Below, piece by piece: positions 17,448 to 25,985 of a stretch of DNA of 38,771 nucleotides. The notes beneath the pieces are model-generated. The model saw only the letters and a program-made list of their open reading frames with translations. It ran no database searches and was not told the DNA's origin. Within the stretch, counting starts at the first letter, position 1; each line of letters begins with the position of its first letter. Origin of the DNA: Bacilli bacterium (GTDB lineage: Bacteria > Bacillota_I > Bacilli_A > RFN20 > CAG-288); assembly GCA_041670225.1 (NCBI GenBank), contig JBAXZU010000002.1, forward strand, positions 1-38,771, given 5' to 3'. The translations under genes were made by a program, and so were the position numbers.

Positions 17448-20147
17448 TTAGTACTTGTACTTGCCTTCAGCCTTAATGGCAGCCTGAGCAGCAGCAAGTC
17501 TGGCACCAGGAACTCTGAAAGGAGAGCAAGAGACATAGTCGCAACCATAACGGTTGAAAAGTTCGATGGATTCTGGATCTCCGCCGGCTTCGCCGCAGAT
17601 ACCACAATGGAGTTCAGGATTGGCTTCCTTACCTTCCTTAACAGACATAGCAATGAGTCTTCCGACACCATTGTCATCGAGAGTTTTGAAAGGATCGAAA
17701 TCGATAAGGTTGTTATCGAGATATTCGCCGATATAGGCGGAATAATCATTTCTGGAGAAACCGAAAGTGAACTGAGTAAGGTCATTAGTTCCATAAGAGA
17801 AGTAAGCAGCATCAGGACCGATTTCGCCGGCAGTGACAGCAGCTCTAGGAGTTTCAATCATGGTACCAACGATATACTTCATGCCCTTATCGCCGATGAT
17901 GGCATCAGCAACTTCGGAAACAAGCTTCTTAACAAACTTGAATTCCTTGTCAGCAATGACCTGAGGAACCATGATGGAAGGAGTAATGACAACCTTCTTG
18001 CCAGTCTTGGCAGTAAGTTCTTCTTCAGCATGTAAAGCAGCCTTGATGATGGCAGTAGCCTGCATTCTACCGATTTCAGGGTAGACAACGTCAAGACGGC
18101 AGCCTCTTAAGCCCATCATAGGGTTAGTCATATGAAGCTCGGCGATTCTGGCCTTAACAGCTTCAACAGTCTTTCCAGTGGACTTGGCAACTTCTTCGAT
18201 TTCGCTTTCCTTCTTAGGGAGGTATTCATCAAGCGGAGGATCAAGAAGTCTGACATTGATGTTGACTCCGCCTAAAGCGAGGTACATCTGATAGAAATCA
18301 TCTTCCTGATAAGCTTCGAGCTTATTAAGCCAGGTTTCTCTTTCTTCAGTAGTGGTGGAAAGAATCATTTCCTGCATGAGGAATAATCTTCCGGCCTGTC
18401 TGAACATATGTTCAGTTCTGCAGAGACCGATACCTCTGGCACCGAAATCAACGGCAGCCTGAGCTTCTTCAGGAGTATCAGCATTGGCATAGACCTTGAT
18501 GTTAGCATACTTGTCAGCCCAGTTAAGGACAGTTCCAAAGTCTCCGTTGAGACCAGGAGCCTGAGTAGCAATAGCACCGACAAAGATCTGACCAGTAGAA
18601 CCATTGATGGAAATGACATCACCTTCCTTGAAGGTAGTTCCATTGATGGTCATAGTCTTAGCATGTTCATCAATCTGGGCGGCACCGCATCCAGTGATGC
18701 AGCACTTACCAATCTGACGGGCAACAACAGCGGCGTGGGAGGTCATACCGCCACGGGCAGTAAGAATACCATCGGCAGAAACCATACCACCGAGATCTTC
18801 AGGGGAAGTTTCGGCTCTGACAAGGATGAGCTTAACATTCTTATCGGCAGCACGCTTGGCCTGAGCTTCTTCAGCAGTGAAGACAATTCCGCCAACAGCA
18901 GCACCAGGAGAGGCAGCATTGCCAGTGGCAATAGTGACAGCCTTCTTGAGGTCAGCTTCGACGAAAGTAGGATGTAATAACTGATCAAGTGAACGAGGAT
19001 CAACTCTTAAGATAGCTTCTTCTTCGTTGATGAGTCCTTCCTTAACCATATCAGTGGCAATCTTTAAACCAGCAACACCGGTTCTCTTGCCATTACGGGT
19101 CTGTAAGAAATAGAGAACGCCGTCTTCAACGGTGAACTCGAAGTCCTGCATATCCTTGTAATGCTTTTCAAGGGTCTTGGCAGAATTGACAAGCTGATCA
19201 TAGATCTTAGGCTGCTGTTCCTTTAAGGCATCAATGTGTAAAGGAGTTCTGATACCAGCAACAACATCTTCACCCTGAGCTTCGATGAGGTATTCAGCGA
19301 AGATTTCGTTGATACCATCGGTAGGATGTCTAGTGAAACCGACACCAGTGCCGGAGTTTTCATTCATATTACCGAAAGCCATCATCTGGACATTGACGGC
19401 AGTACCCCATGAATATGGGATGTTGTTCATCTTTCTGTAGAGATTAGCTCTTTCGTTGTCCCAAGAATGGAAAATGGCCTGAATAGCGGTCATTAACTGA
19501 TCTTCAGGATTTGAAGGGAATTCTTCGTTGAACTGTTCTTTGTAATAAGCCTTATACTTAACAATAAGGTTCTTAAGTTCAGCAACTGGAATTTCGTAGT
19601 CGTTCTTAAGATTGAGCTTCTTCTTAACGTCCTCAAGCATGGCATCCATTGGTGCTCTTGAAACACCCTTGGCGATGTTGGTGAACATAAGAATGAAACG
19701 TCTGTAGCAGTCATAGGCAAATCTTTCCTTGCCAGACTTAACGGCTAATGCTTCGACAGTATCATCATTTAAACCTAAGTTTAAGATGGTATCCATCATA
19801 CCAGGCATAGAGACTCTAGCACCAGATCTGACGGAAACGAGTAAAGGATTTGGTCCCTTACCAAAGGTCTTTCCAGATCTTTCTTCGAGAGTCTTGATGT
19901 TTTCCTTAACCTGATTGATAAGGTTGGAAGGCATCTTTCTACCGGAATCATAGTATAAAGTACAAGCTTCGGTAGTAACAGTGAAACCATCCGGAATTCT
20001 GATTCCGATGTGGGTCATTTCAGCAAGACCAGCACCTTTTCCACCTAATATCGGTTTTCCTAAACCATAGGCATCTTTAAATGCGTAGACATACTGACCG
20101 GCAACATAATTCTCATTAGTCTTAACAGATTTTTTCGTATTAGCCAT
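17448..20147 (-). CDS. ppdK: pyruvate, phosphate dikinase
   Basis: The 899-aa protein carries the phospho-histidine motif GGMTSHAAVVARQIG, an N-terminal ATP-grasp region and a C-terminal PEP-utilising TIM domain (GLCRTEHMF, ICGE). A strong GGAGGAG SD is present. Confidence 0.95.
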   Translation of the reverse strand: MANTKKSVKTNENYVAGQYVYAFKDAYGLGKPILGGKGAGLAEMTHIGIRIPDGFTVTTEACTLYYDSGRKMPSNLINQVKENIKTLEERSGKTFGKGPNPLLVSVRSGARVSMPGMMDTILNLGLNDDTVEALAVKSGKERFAYDCYRRFILMFTNIAKGVSRAPMDAMLEDVKKKLNLKNDYEIPVAELKNLIVKYKAYYKEQFNEEFPSNPEDQLMTAIQAIFHSWDNERANLYRKMNNIPYSWGTAVNVQMMAFGNMNENSGTGVGFTRHPTDGINEIFAEYLIEAQGEDVVAGIRTPLHIDALKEQQPKIYDQLVNSAKTLEKHYKDMQDFEFTVEDGVLYFLQTRNGKRTGVAGLKIATDMVKEGLINEEEAILRVDPRSLDQLLHPTFVEADLKKAVTIATGNAASPGAAVGGIVFTAEEAQAKRAADKNVKLILVRAETSPEDLGGMVSADGILTARGGMTSHAAVVARQIGKCCITGCGAAQIDEHAKTMTINGTTFKEGDVISINGSTGQIFVGAIATQAPGLNGDFGTVLNWADKYANIKVYANADTPEEAQAAVDFGARGIGLCRTEHMFRQAGRLFLMQEMILSTTTEERETWLNKLEAYQEDDFYQMYLALGGVNINVRLLDPPLDEYLPKKESEIEEVAKSTGKTVEAVKARIAELHMTNPMMGLRGCRLDVVYPEIGRMQATAIIKAALHAEEELTAKTGKKVVITPSIMVPQVIADKEFKFVKKLVSEVADAIIGDKGMKYIVGTMIETPRAAVTAGEIGPDAAYFSYGTNDLTQFTFGFSRNDYSAYIGEYLDNNLIDFDPFKTLDDNGVGRLIAMSVKEGKEANPELHCGICGEAGGDPESIELFNRYGCDYVSCSPFRVPGARLAAAQAAIKAEGKYKY

Positions 20148-20186
20148 TTATTTCTCCTCCATTAATTAAAGGCTTGACCAATCGAT

Positions 20187-20215
20187 ATTTTACCATATAT
20201 TTATGACTAAGTTAA
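20187..20215 (-). promoter_or_regulatory. candidate ppdK promoter (TTAACT-17-TGgTAAAAT, extended -10)
   Basis: Read on the minus strand about 40 nt upstream of the ppdK ATG. Confidence 0.35.
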
Positions 20216-20447
20216 CAAAAAAAGAAATGTAAATATAAAAAATAAGCACTTCTTTTTCATAAAGTAGCTTGTTATCGTATTTTTTTAAAAACTCAATTGG
20301 AAATTTTCTTCACACAAGACCAATAAAATATGGAAAAGCAAATCATTTCTGCAATATAAATCCAATTGAAGGCTAACCTTTTCTGGCTGGGGGCCAGCAA
20401 AGAGAAAGCCTAAAACCAACCTCAGAGCCTGACCAATCAGGCAAAAA

Positions 20448-20487
20448 GAAATGCACCTGTTCATTAATAATTGATCAGGTGCATTTT
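20448..20487 (-). terminator. rho-independent terminator of smpB
   Basis: Stem aaatgcacctg / caggtgcattt (11 bp), followed by a U-rich run on the minus-strand RNA immediately after the smpB stop. Confidence 0.7.
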
Positions 20488-20489
20488 AA

Positions 20490-20960
20490 TTAATAACTCT
20501 TTTTGATGGCCTTAGCCATATTGATCTTATCTTCCCTATCTTTGATTGCCTGTCTCTTATCCCAGTTCTTCTTGCCCTTACCTAAAGCAATCTGAACCTT
20601 GCACATACCCTTCTTCAGGTAAACCCTGGCAGGAATAATAGAATAACCTTCACGGGCAACAGCCTGATCAAGTTTAAGAATCTGAGACTTATGAAGCAAA
20701 AGCTTCCTGGTTCTCACCGGGTCATGGGAAAAGATGCCATTCTCCTGAAAAAGGGGAATATTCATATTGAGAATATAGGCTTGGCAGTTCTTAATGATGA
20801 CATAGCTGTCATCAATAGAACAATGCCCCATTCTCAAGGCTTTTATTTCGCTTCCGACCAGCTCGATTCCAGCTTCCTGAAATTCACTCAGGAAATAATT
20901 GAAATGAGCTTTACGGTTAGAGGCTATGAGTTTTTCATTAGGAAGAGACTCGGCTTTCAT
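20490..20960 (-). CDS. smpB: SsrA-binding protein SmpB
   Basis: NRKAHFNYFLSEFQEAGIELVGSEIKALR and the C-terminal basic tail are typical of SmpB. The gene lies directly downstream of rnr. Confidence 0.93.
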   Translation of the reverse strand: MKAESLPNEKLIASNRKAHFNYFLSEFQEAGIELVGSEIKALRMGHCSIDDSYVIIKNCQAYILNMNIPLFQENGIFSHDPVRTRKLLLHKSQILKLDQAVAREGYSIIPARVYLKKGMCKVQIALGKGKKNWDKRQAIKDREDKINMAKAIKKSY

Positions 20961-20977
20961 TTAATGTTGTCCTTGAT

Positions 20978-23900
20978 TTATCTGTCATTATGGCCAGATG
21001 AACGACCTCTGAAGCCACCAGATCTTCTATCGGATGAACCTCTGTCAGAATAGGAAGAACGTCTATCTCCGCCTCTGTCAGAATGTCCGTAAGATCCTCT
21101 TGATCCACCACGGCTGAATCCGCCGTCTCTGGAACCGTAGGAACTTCTTCTATCAGATGAACCTCTGTCAGAATAGGAAGAACGTCTGTCTCCGCCTCTG
21201 TCAGAATGTCCGAAGGATCCTCTTGATCCACCACGGCTGAATCCGCCGTCTCTGGAACCGTAGGAACTTCTTCTATCGGATGAACCTCTGTCAGAATAGG
21301 AAGAACGTCTATCTCCGCCTCTGTCAGAATGTCCGTAAGATCCTCTTGAACCACCACGGCTGAATCCGCCGTCTCTGGAACCATAGGAACCTCTTCTATC
21401 GGATGAACCTCTGTCGGAATAGGAAGAACGTCTATCTCCGCCTCTGTCAGAATAGGAGGGACGTCTGTCTCTTCTTTCAAAACCATCATCACCATATTCT
21501 TCTCTAGGAGCAGAATAGCCCTGATGATCAGAATAAGTCTTTCTCTGAGGCTTTCTGTCATCAAATCTTCTTTCCTGTTCAGGAACGGTCTGACTATCAA
21601 AACTTGCTTTTGGCTTATCATCATCTCTGCCAAAAGGACGTCTGTTATCACGTGATCCAAATCTAGATCCGCCATCTCTGGAACCATAAGATCCTCTGGA
21701 ACCGCCACGGCCAAATCCGCCGCTTCTGGAACCACCGTCTCTTGATCCGAATGATCCTCTTCTGTCGTCTCTGCCGCGTTCAGAGCTGTCGTAGCCTGAA
21801 CCTGAATGCTTTCTTTCCATACTGGTTTCTCCATTATCACCAGTGGAATCACCAGTGTTTCTATCATATCTGTCGTATCCGTATCCGCCACGTCTGTCAG
21901 AGAATCTGGCACGGCCAGTCATACTGACAAAGTCTTCATCTTCTTCGTATACTCTTAAGCCATTGAGTGAGAGATCCTCACGTTCAGCCTCACTGAGTGA
22001 GACAGCATTGGCTTTATAGAATTCAGGGGTAGAGAAATCAATCTCAAGCTTATCGGGATTGCTGGCTAAAACCGCAATATCGATAGGTGTTCCGATAGTG
22101 AATGAAAGTTCGGGATGATGTTTTCCGACAACAGAATAAGACTTGTCATCAAAGTTGAAGACATCACCATGCATGCAGTGATAGGCTAAGAAGCCTTCAA
22201 TGCCGATTTCAGTTTCAATGAACATACCACGGAGAACCATGCCGGTAATCTTTCCATGATAAACTTCACCAATATGCTGAGTCATATATTTAGCTGATTC
22301 CAGATCGTCAACCTTTCTGGAAATGATATCAGCTCTGGCTTCGCTGGCACTGGTTCTATCGCCCATCATCTGTAAATAGGCAAAGACATCATCATATTCA
22401 AAGGGTTTCTCATCAATGAGGTAATCCTTGACTAAACGATGGATGATATCATCAGGATATCTTCTGATAGGACTGGTGAAATGGCAGTAGAAAGGCTCAG
22501 CAAGACCGAAATGGCCTTTTTCCTCAGGGGAATACTTAGCTTTAGCCAAAGCTCTCAGCATCATGTAGGAAATAACGCTTCTCAGATTCTCGTCTTCGAT
22601 TGAGGCTAAGAAATCATTCAGTCTGGAACCGGTGATATCTTCAGTCTTAGGGAAGGAAGCAAGAAGCTTTGGATTCATTTTCTTAATAAAATCACGGAAA
22701 TTGATTAGTTTCTGAAGCGGGGGCTGTTCGTGAATACGGTAGAGAACCGGAATATGATGGCTTTTTAAAAGCTTGGCAATCTCACAATTGGCAATAACCA
22801 TCAAATCTTCGATCATCTTCTCGCTTTCGCCCTGAACTTCTTTAGTTAAATCAGTTGGCTGACCATTCTCATCCAGCTTGAATTTGATTTCAGTGGAAGA
22901 AAGCTTCATGGAGCCCTGAAGTTCACGACGGCGTCTGATAGCCTTTGAACAATCATGGAGCAGAGACAAAGTCTGTTTGATGTCATCAGAATAATCGACA
23001 TCCTTGCCTTCAAAGAAATTGTTGACTCCATCATAGGTAAGACGTCCGTGACTTCTGATAACACTCTTGAAGACGTTGGAAGAGAAGACATTTCCCATAC
23101 CATCGACCTTCATAACGACTGTTAAGCAGACACGGTCAACACCAGGATTAAGTGAACAGATGCCATTTGAAAGCTCAAAAGGAAGCATCGGAACAACACG
23201 GTCAGCAACATAAATGCTGGTTCCACGGAAGACAGCTTCATCATCCAAAGGAGAAGAAGGCCTGACATAGTGGGTGACATCAGCAATATGGACTGAAACT
23301 TCATAGCCGCTGCCGCATTTCTTTACGGAGACAGCATCATCAAAATCGTGGGAGTCATTGCCATCAATAGTGACAATGGTTTCTTCACGGAGATCAGTTC
23401 TTTCAAGATAGTCTTCCTGCTTAAGTTCAGTAGGAATACTCTTAGCCTGAGCTAAAACTTCCTCAGGGAAGTCAATTGGGGCATCATTGGAAGTGATGAT
23501 CATGGAAATATCGCTGCCAACCTTATCAGCTTTGACTAAAATACGGCTGACGGCAACAGTGTAAACATTGTTGCTATAGCTCTGAATCTGGCCAATAACC
23601 AGATCACCCTGATTGATGGTATCCTTGATGGATTCATCAACTGAGGATATAAGAACAGTCTTTCCGCACTGATTGAGGTAATCAACCAAAAGCTGCTGCT
23701 TTCCGGAAGCAGTCAATGAATAACGGCCTTTGAAGGATTCGACTGGCTTAAGATAGTCAATTCCATGGTAAAAGCCCTGGGCTTCCTTGACGTAAATCAA
23801 ATCGCCAAGCAAAAGACCATCGGCTTCGGCGCCGGAAATTTTTATTTCATCGCCGTCCGGAATCGGACGAAGGACAACAAAGTTTCTTTTCTTGAGAGAT

Positions 23901-24103
23901 ACTTTAGCAAGCTTGATGCCTTGTTCAGCAATCAAATAATACGAATCATCATGAATTCCGATGATTCCCTGGAACTTCAAATGCTCCAATAAATTTTCCA
24001 TCTCAGTCTTTTGCTGAGTGGTAACAGCCTCTAATTTGTGGGCTAAGGCCTTCTGGTTTAAAAATTGGCCTTGTAATAATTTCGTAATGTCTTTTTCTGT
24101 CAT
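20978..24103 (-). CDS. rnr: ribonuclease R with an unusually long low-complexity C-terminal tail
   Basis: RNB catalytic motifs are present (DGNDSHDFDDAVSV, FTSPIRRYPD), together with N-terminal cold-shock-like regions and an S1 domain (GEVYHGKITGMVLRGMFIE). About 300 aa of R/G/S/D/Y-rich sequence follow. Confidence 0.93.
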   Translation of the reverse strand: MTEKDITKLLQGQFLNQKALAHKLEAVTTQQKTEMENLLEHLKFQGIIGIHDDSYYLIAEQGIKLAKVSLKKRNFVVLRPIPDGDEIKISGAEADGLLLGDLIYVKEAQGFYHGIDYLKPVESFKGRYSLTASGKQQLLVDYLNQCGKTVLISSVDESIKDTINQGDLVIGQIQSYSNNVYTVAVSRILVKADKVGSDISMIITSNDAPIDFPEEVLAQAKSIPTELKQEDYLERTDLREETIVTIDGNDSHDFDDAVSVKKCGSGYEVSVHIADVTHYVRPSSPLDDEAVFRGTSIYVADRVVPMLPFELSNGICSLNPGVDRVCLTVVMKVDGMGNVFSSNVFKSVIRSHGRLTYDGVNNFFEGKDVDYSDDIKQTLSLLHDCSKAIRRRRELQGSMKLSSTEIKFKLDENGQPTDLTKEVQGESEKMIEDLMVIANCEIAKLLKSHHIPVLYRIHEQPPLQKLINFRDFIKKMNPKLLASFPKTEDITGSRLNDFLASIEDENLRSVISYMMLRALAKAKYSPEEKGHFGLAEPFYCHFTSPIRRYPDDIIHRLVKDYLIDEKPFEYDDVFAYLQMMGDRTSASEARADIISRKVDDLESAKYMTQHIGEVYHGKITGMVLRGMFIETEIGIEGFLAYHCMHGDVFNFDDKSYSVVGKHHPELSFTIGTPIDIAVLASNPDKLEIDFSTPEFYKANAVSLSEAEREDLSLNGLRVYEEDEDFVSMTGRARFSDRRGGYGYDRYDRNTGDSTGDNGETSMERKHSGSGYDSSERGRDDRRGSFGSRDGGSRSGGFGRGGSRGSYGSRDGGSRFGSRDNRRPFGRDDDKPKASFDSQTVPEQERRFDDRKPQRKTYSDHQGYSAPREEYGDDGFERRDRRPSYSDRGGDRRSSYSDRGSSDRRGSYGSRDGGFSRGGSRGSYGHSDRGGDRRSSYSDRGSSDRRSSYGSRDGGFSRGGSRGSFGHSDRGGDRRSSYSDRGSSDRRSSYGSRDGGFSRGGSRGSYGHSDRGGDRRSSYSDRGSSDRRSGGFRGRSSGHNDR
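21017..21455 (-). repeat. about 3.6 tandem copies of a 123-bp unit inside the rnr 3' region
   Basis: The unit taggaagaacgtct(a/g)tctccgcctctgtcagaatgtccg... restarts at about 21051, 21174, 21297 and 21420, with only a few differences per copy. Confidence 0.85.
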
Positions 24104-24111
24104 GTTTTCCT

Positions 24112-24145
24112 TAAAAAATTAAAGGGGGCTGTTTTTGATGCCCCC
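24112..24145 (-). terminator. intrinsic terminator or attenuator between secG and rnr
   Basis: The minus-strand RNA forms gggggc-aucaaaaaca-gccccc followed by uuuaauuuuuu. It runs straight into the rnr SD (AAGGAAAAC-AUG). Confidence 0.6.
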
Positions 24146-24165
24146 GTTATCCTCATCTTTGAGAT

Positions 24166-24423
24166 TTATAAATAGTTTGCTAATAATGCTGTAACGAAGA
24201 AGGCAATGGCTAGGACGGTTGTGATAATCGTCATGATTTTGTCAGCGCCACGCTCCTTAGTACGGGTGAAAATGTTCATTTTACTACCACCCATAACGGC
24301 GGCAGATGCACCCTCTGACTTTCCCGATTGGAGAAGGCAGACGATAATCAGGATGAACGATAGAACTAAAAGCACAATCTGAGCTGCTGAAGTGCCACCT
24401 GCTAAAAAATTTATATTGATCAT
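24166..24423 (-). CDS. secG: preprotein translocase subunit SecG
   Basis: An 85-aa protein with two TM segments and the LLQSGKSEG...GG loop typical of SecG. Confidence 0.85.
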   Translation of the reverse strand: MININFLAGGTSAAQIVLLVLSFILIIVCLLQSGKSEGASAAVMGGSKMNIFTRTKERGADKIMTIITTVLAIAFFVTALLANYL

Positions 24424-24613
24424 TCTTACCTCGCAAGACTATAACTTATATAGTATAAAGTCTCATTAAACATTTTACAAGAAGTTTAGCCTTAAGATTG
24501 TCCTTCATTTCTGTCAAAAATACAAGAAAAATCTTCAAAATCTGCTTTTATATTTTTGGAAAGTGCTTCAAAACCACTAAACAAGGTCCATATTCTCTTT
24601 CCTATTTAATATA

Positions 24614-24640
24614 AAAAAGCGGTTCCTGATTAGGAATCGC
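24614..24640 (-). terminator. rho-independent terminator of the lysS-to-pmbA operon
   Basis: The minus-strand RNA forms gcgauucc-uaauca-ggaaccgc (one mismatch) followed by uuuuuuau. Confidence 0.5.
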
Positions 24641-24650
24641 CAAAAGAAAC

Positions 24651-25985
24651 TTATTTTCCGGAAACACAGACTTTTCCGACTAAAAGAGAAGGAGTGAAAG
24701 CTGAACCACGAAGCTGGGAATCATTTCCGACAGCAATGATGTTGTTGAAGAAATCCTTAAGATTTCCGGCAATCAGAATCATGCTGACAGCTTTGACAAT
24801 CTTTCCATCCTCAATCAGATATCCCTGAGTAGGAAGAGAAAAATTCAGAGTCTGAGAATCAATTCCGGAGTTGAGTCCGGAGATATCAGTAATATATAAT
24901 CCGTCCTTCATCTTGCCAAACAGCTGATCAAGAGAAAGCTTTCCGGGTTTGACCGTGATGGTGCAGGGAGCACCATTTCCGTCACCGACAGAACAGCCAT
25001 TGGTTTCTCTTCCATCCACCTTGGCAGTTTCCACTGAATAGAAATAGTCTTTCAGAACTCCTTTACTGATGATATCAAAATCCTGTGTCGGAGCACCATC
25101 AGAATCATAGGAAGAGGAAGAGAGGGCGGCAGTATGTGGAGTATGACGGACTGTCAGTTTGGGAGAACTGATAAGCTGATTTAGTTTTCCTTCAAAGACT
25201 GATAAATGTTTCTGAACAGTCTTAGCATTGAGCTGTGAAAGATAGAAGCTGATCAATGATGACACTGAAGAAGGATTGAAGACTACTTTGTATTTATGGC
25301 TGGGAACTGGGCCGGACTTAAAGAAATCAACACTGGCCTTAACAGCACTCTTAATAGCCTCATGGGATTTTTCACGTAAATCGGCCAAGCTTTCAAAGCT
25401 GAAGAAAAATTCTCCGCCGCTTCTCGGTTCATTGTCTTCACTTTTAGAGACAACTGAAACATAGCCGGAAAAATTATTGGATTTTTCCGAAGTTTTGACT
25501 CCATAGCTATTAGCTTTAAAGGTTTTGGACTCGATCATTGAAAGAGAAACTTCAACCGTATCAATTCTTTTGTCAGAAGCTTTGGTTTCCTTAGCTATTT
25601 CAAGAGCAACCGCCTTTAATTCACTGAGATTGCTTTCTTTGTAATCTTTGGAAAGAATATTAGCTTTCTTATATTTGTTGCCACCCTTATAATAATTTTC
25701 TACAAAATCTTCTTTTCCAAATTTTGCATTTCTTGCAATTGAAGAAGCAACAAGTTCCGGAGTTGAAGAATCTATGAAGTCAGTACTGAAAGATCCTTTC
25801 TTGCCATTGAGAATGGCTTTGCATCCGATAGCGCTGGATGAACCAATCTGCTGATCCTCAATTTCATCATTATAGACTGAAACACTAGTCTCAGTAGTCA
25901 AGCCATAAGAAAGCTGGAAAGGTTCAAGTCCGTACTTCTTAGCTGCCTCAAAATATTTATTTAAATTCAGAGCCATATTAATCAT
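24651..25985 (-). CDS. pmbA: PmbA/TldE-family metalloprotease subunit
   Basis: The size and sequence pattern fit the PmbA_TldD family, and the protein lacks the HExxxH motif of its partner. It overlaps the end of tldD. The SD GGAGG fits the second ATG at about 25976 better than 25985. Confidence 0.8.
   Translation of the reverse strand: MINMALNLNKYFEAAKKYGLEPFQLSYGLTTETSVSVYNDEIEDQQIGSSSAIGCKAILNGKKGSFSTDFIDSSTPELVASSIARNAKFGKEDFVENYYKGGNKYKKANILSKDYKESNLSELKAVALEIAKETKASDKRIDTVEVSLSMIESKTFKANSYGVKTSEKSNNFSGYVSVVSKSEDNEPRSGGEFFFSFESLADLREKSHEAIKSAVKASVDFFKSGPVPSHKYKVVFNPSSVSSLISFYLSQLNAKTVQKHLSVFEGKLNQLISSPKLTVRHTPHTAALSSSSYDSDGAPTQDFDIISKGVLKDYFYSVETAKVDGRETNGCSVGDGNGAPCTITVKPGKLSLDQLFGKMKDGLYITDISGLNSGIDSQTLNFSLPTQGYLIEDGKIVKAVSMILIAGNLKDFFNNIIAVGNDSQLRGSAFTPSLLVGKVCVSGK

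Noticed and set aside
17441-19990. Numerous 60-190-aa ORFs on both strands inside ppdK
   Set aside because: They are shadow ORFs of a long, strongly codon-biased gene. Their translations are low-complexity and S/L-rich, they lack SD sequences, and they lie fully inside a confidently identified CDS.
20938-21912. 324-aa minus-strand ORF overlapping the 3' part of rnr and the start of smpB
   Set aside because: It is an alternative frame through the 123-bp repeats. Its repetitive translation (TEAEIDVLPILTEVHPIEE...) simply mirrors those repeats. The rnr frame is continuous with the catalytic core, and the smpB start has its own SD.
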